In this document: positions 62,211-64,000 of the stretch, piece after piece
Layout of the letters: each line of letters opens with the position of its first letter
Numbering within the stretch: position 1 is the stretch's first letter
Source: Epiperipatus broadwayi
Taxonomy: Eukaryota > Animalia > Onychophora
Direction: 5' to 3'
Assembly (NCBI GenBank): GCA_028023455.1
Contig: JAQFVV010000005.1
Span: forward strand, 6,758,001-6,822,000
DNA length: 64,000 nucleotides
The notes under the pieces: generated by a model
What the model was told of the DNA's origin: nothing
Databases searched by the model: none
What the model saw: the letters and a program-made list of their open reading frames with translations, nothing else
Position numbers and translations under genes: made by a program

Positions 62211-63228
62211 GCATCAATCATTCTTTTATAACATAATGTAATAATGTATTTTAAAATATTAACGACATTTGTACAGAAAGTCAAAGGAAAATACATTAGA
62301 AATAATAATACCTCAATATTAAAAATCAAAGCTGAAAACATTTTCATTTTGAACAGTAATTTAAAATTGAAAAACATTTCTGAGTTCTGCATATAATATC
62401 ATTTAGACAAACAGAATGTTCTTTAAACTTATGATATTTGAAGAATCGCTTATATGTATTGCATACAATTGTAATTTTCTCAGAAGTTCAGCGTAAATCA
62501 AAATAAATAAATAGTAAAAAAATATCCCTCTAGTGCAATGAAAATGTATTATTTTCAGAAATTCAATTACGTTTTCAGTTCAAAGGTTTAGATAATAAAT
62601 TTATATTTAATGCGAAGATCTAATAAATAAAACTAAAACTCCAAAAAATATCAATTTTTTTATTATTAGAAATTAAAAAATAAGTTTTGGAAAACAATAA
62701 ATAAATAATTTCAATTATTCACGTTATAAATTTAAAATCTACGTTTCAATGCTTGTTGAGATATAGATCTATAAATAAAAATCATACAAATTTATTTAAA
62801 GATATGTAAAAAAAAAAGTTGATTGTTAGCAATATATATCGGGTTAATAAATCATTACTTCAACTAGAAAAATGATTTACTTCTCGATTTTTTCAGACGC
62901 TCATTGCTAAGGTTTACAGCCTTGTTAAAAAACTATTCTCGCTATGATGGAAATTTACGTTTGTAAGAGGAACTGATTGATGTGATGTGATGTACTGTAG
63001 CTTCTCCTTAAACGAAGTCAAGAATCTCTGAGCAATTATGCCCATAGAAACCTGTTAGCCACTTTATTTGTCATTCCCCAGTCTAAGTTTTCCCATATTC
63101 TGCTGCCCTCTCGCGTCTAAACATGGAATGATTATTAGAAAGTTTATAAAAATGCAACTAATTGAATTGTATTTTAAAGATTAATGAAAGAAAATATAAT
63201 ACATAATTTGTGGACAATATATTAACTT

Positions 63229-63495
63229 ATGCGGCTGAAAGGATCTTGTTGTTATTTGAAAGAAGAACCTTTGAATCTTCTTTGAGACTTAAGGATATGA
63301 GAAAAGTAATGTCTTAATGCCAACTCCATACGTTCTTGTCATTGCACCTGCTATTATTATATTATTATTTATGTAATGACAAAACCTGGATGGGTTGCTT
63401 ACCATTAAGCAATATCTATTATAATGAATTTATTAGATTTTTAATTCTGGCATTAAGATTATGAAACTCCATGGTCTTCTCATTTTGCTTAATAG
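63229..63495 (+). repeat. Diverged solo copy of the RTE 5' leader
   Basis: Colinear with 25803-26070 (gaaagg...tgaaagaaga.cctttga...actcca.acgttcttgtc.ttgca.ctg.tattattat...ccatggtct) with no downstream ORF. Confidence 0.65.
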
Positions 63496-64000
63496 CTCTT
63501 TAGCCAAGATATGAGTGGTGTTTCTTGAAGGCATGACGATGTCCCCAACTATGACTGAGCGATCAGCAAACAAATGTACAATAAACAATAATGGCGAAAG
63601 TTTTTGCTACTCACACAATAAATATATATAGTTCACTTTTGATTCACTTCTCCGGCGCACTTCACAACTGACTACTTTCTGCACGGTTTCCCAAACTCTT
63701 TGGCCCGGTCCTGCTGCTGCTTGCGAACATGTTGGCTTTGCACTAGAGCGTTGCACCGATACTTAAGCTTTTTTGAGCTATTGTCACTTAAGTTCTCTCT
63801 GCACTCATTCACTTGGTAAGTTCACTGGAAATCAGAACAACGCACTTTGTTGCTTTCTCTAATTATAGTTTGTTATCATATGATGGAATTCATCTTAACT
63901 TTTAATTACACACACAATTAATTACTTATTTCCATGTAAGGCAATTCTCCATCTCTTTAAATTAATTAGTCTCTTATCAAGAAATATTTATCGATCGCAA

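Noticed and set aside
63576-63900. Possible solo LTR fragment
   Set aside because: Only composition and a TGT start suggest it; no partner LTR, PBS, PPT or TSD.

Overview
Strongly AT-rich eukaryotic DNA, probably from an invertebrate (the taxon cannot be determined from the window). Two paralogous tandem C2H2 zinc-finger genes point away from each other (417-1556 minus; 51173-52786 plus) and share an unusual ~80-aa C-terminal module. Nearly everything else recognisable is transposon-derived: a young but frame-broken Mag-type Ty3/Gypsy LTR element (17.8-23.2 kb), two RTE LINE copies, Penelope-like (GIY-YIG) elements, hAT, mariner and Merlin (ISXO2-type) remnants, and MITEs. There is one 500-N gap. 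The ORF track misses the main signal, a high density of type I hammerhead ribozyme motifs. At least 13 recognisable copies fall into about 5 sequence families, with different but pairable stems around the same CUGANGA...GAAA...UH core. They occur in a ~415-bp tandem array with an intact core (23.75-25.8 kb), in a dispersed ~450-bp non-coding retrozyme-like family, and in Penelope pseudo-LTRs that also carry a tRNA-derived A/B-box head. One more was split by an RTE insertion. All structures were read by eye; no folding or database search was run.
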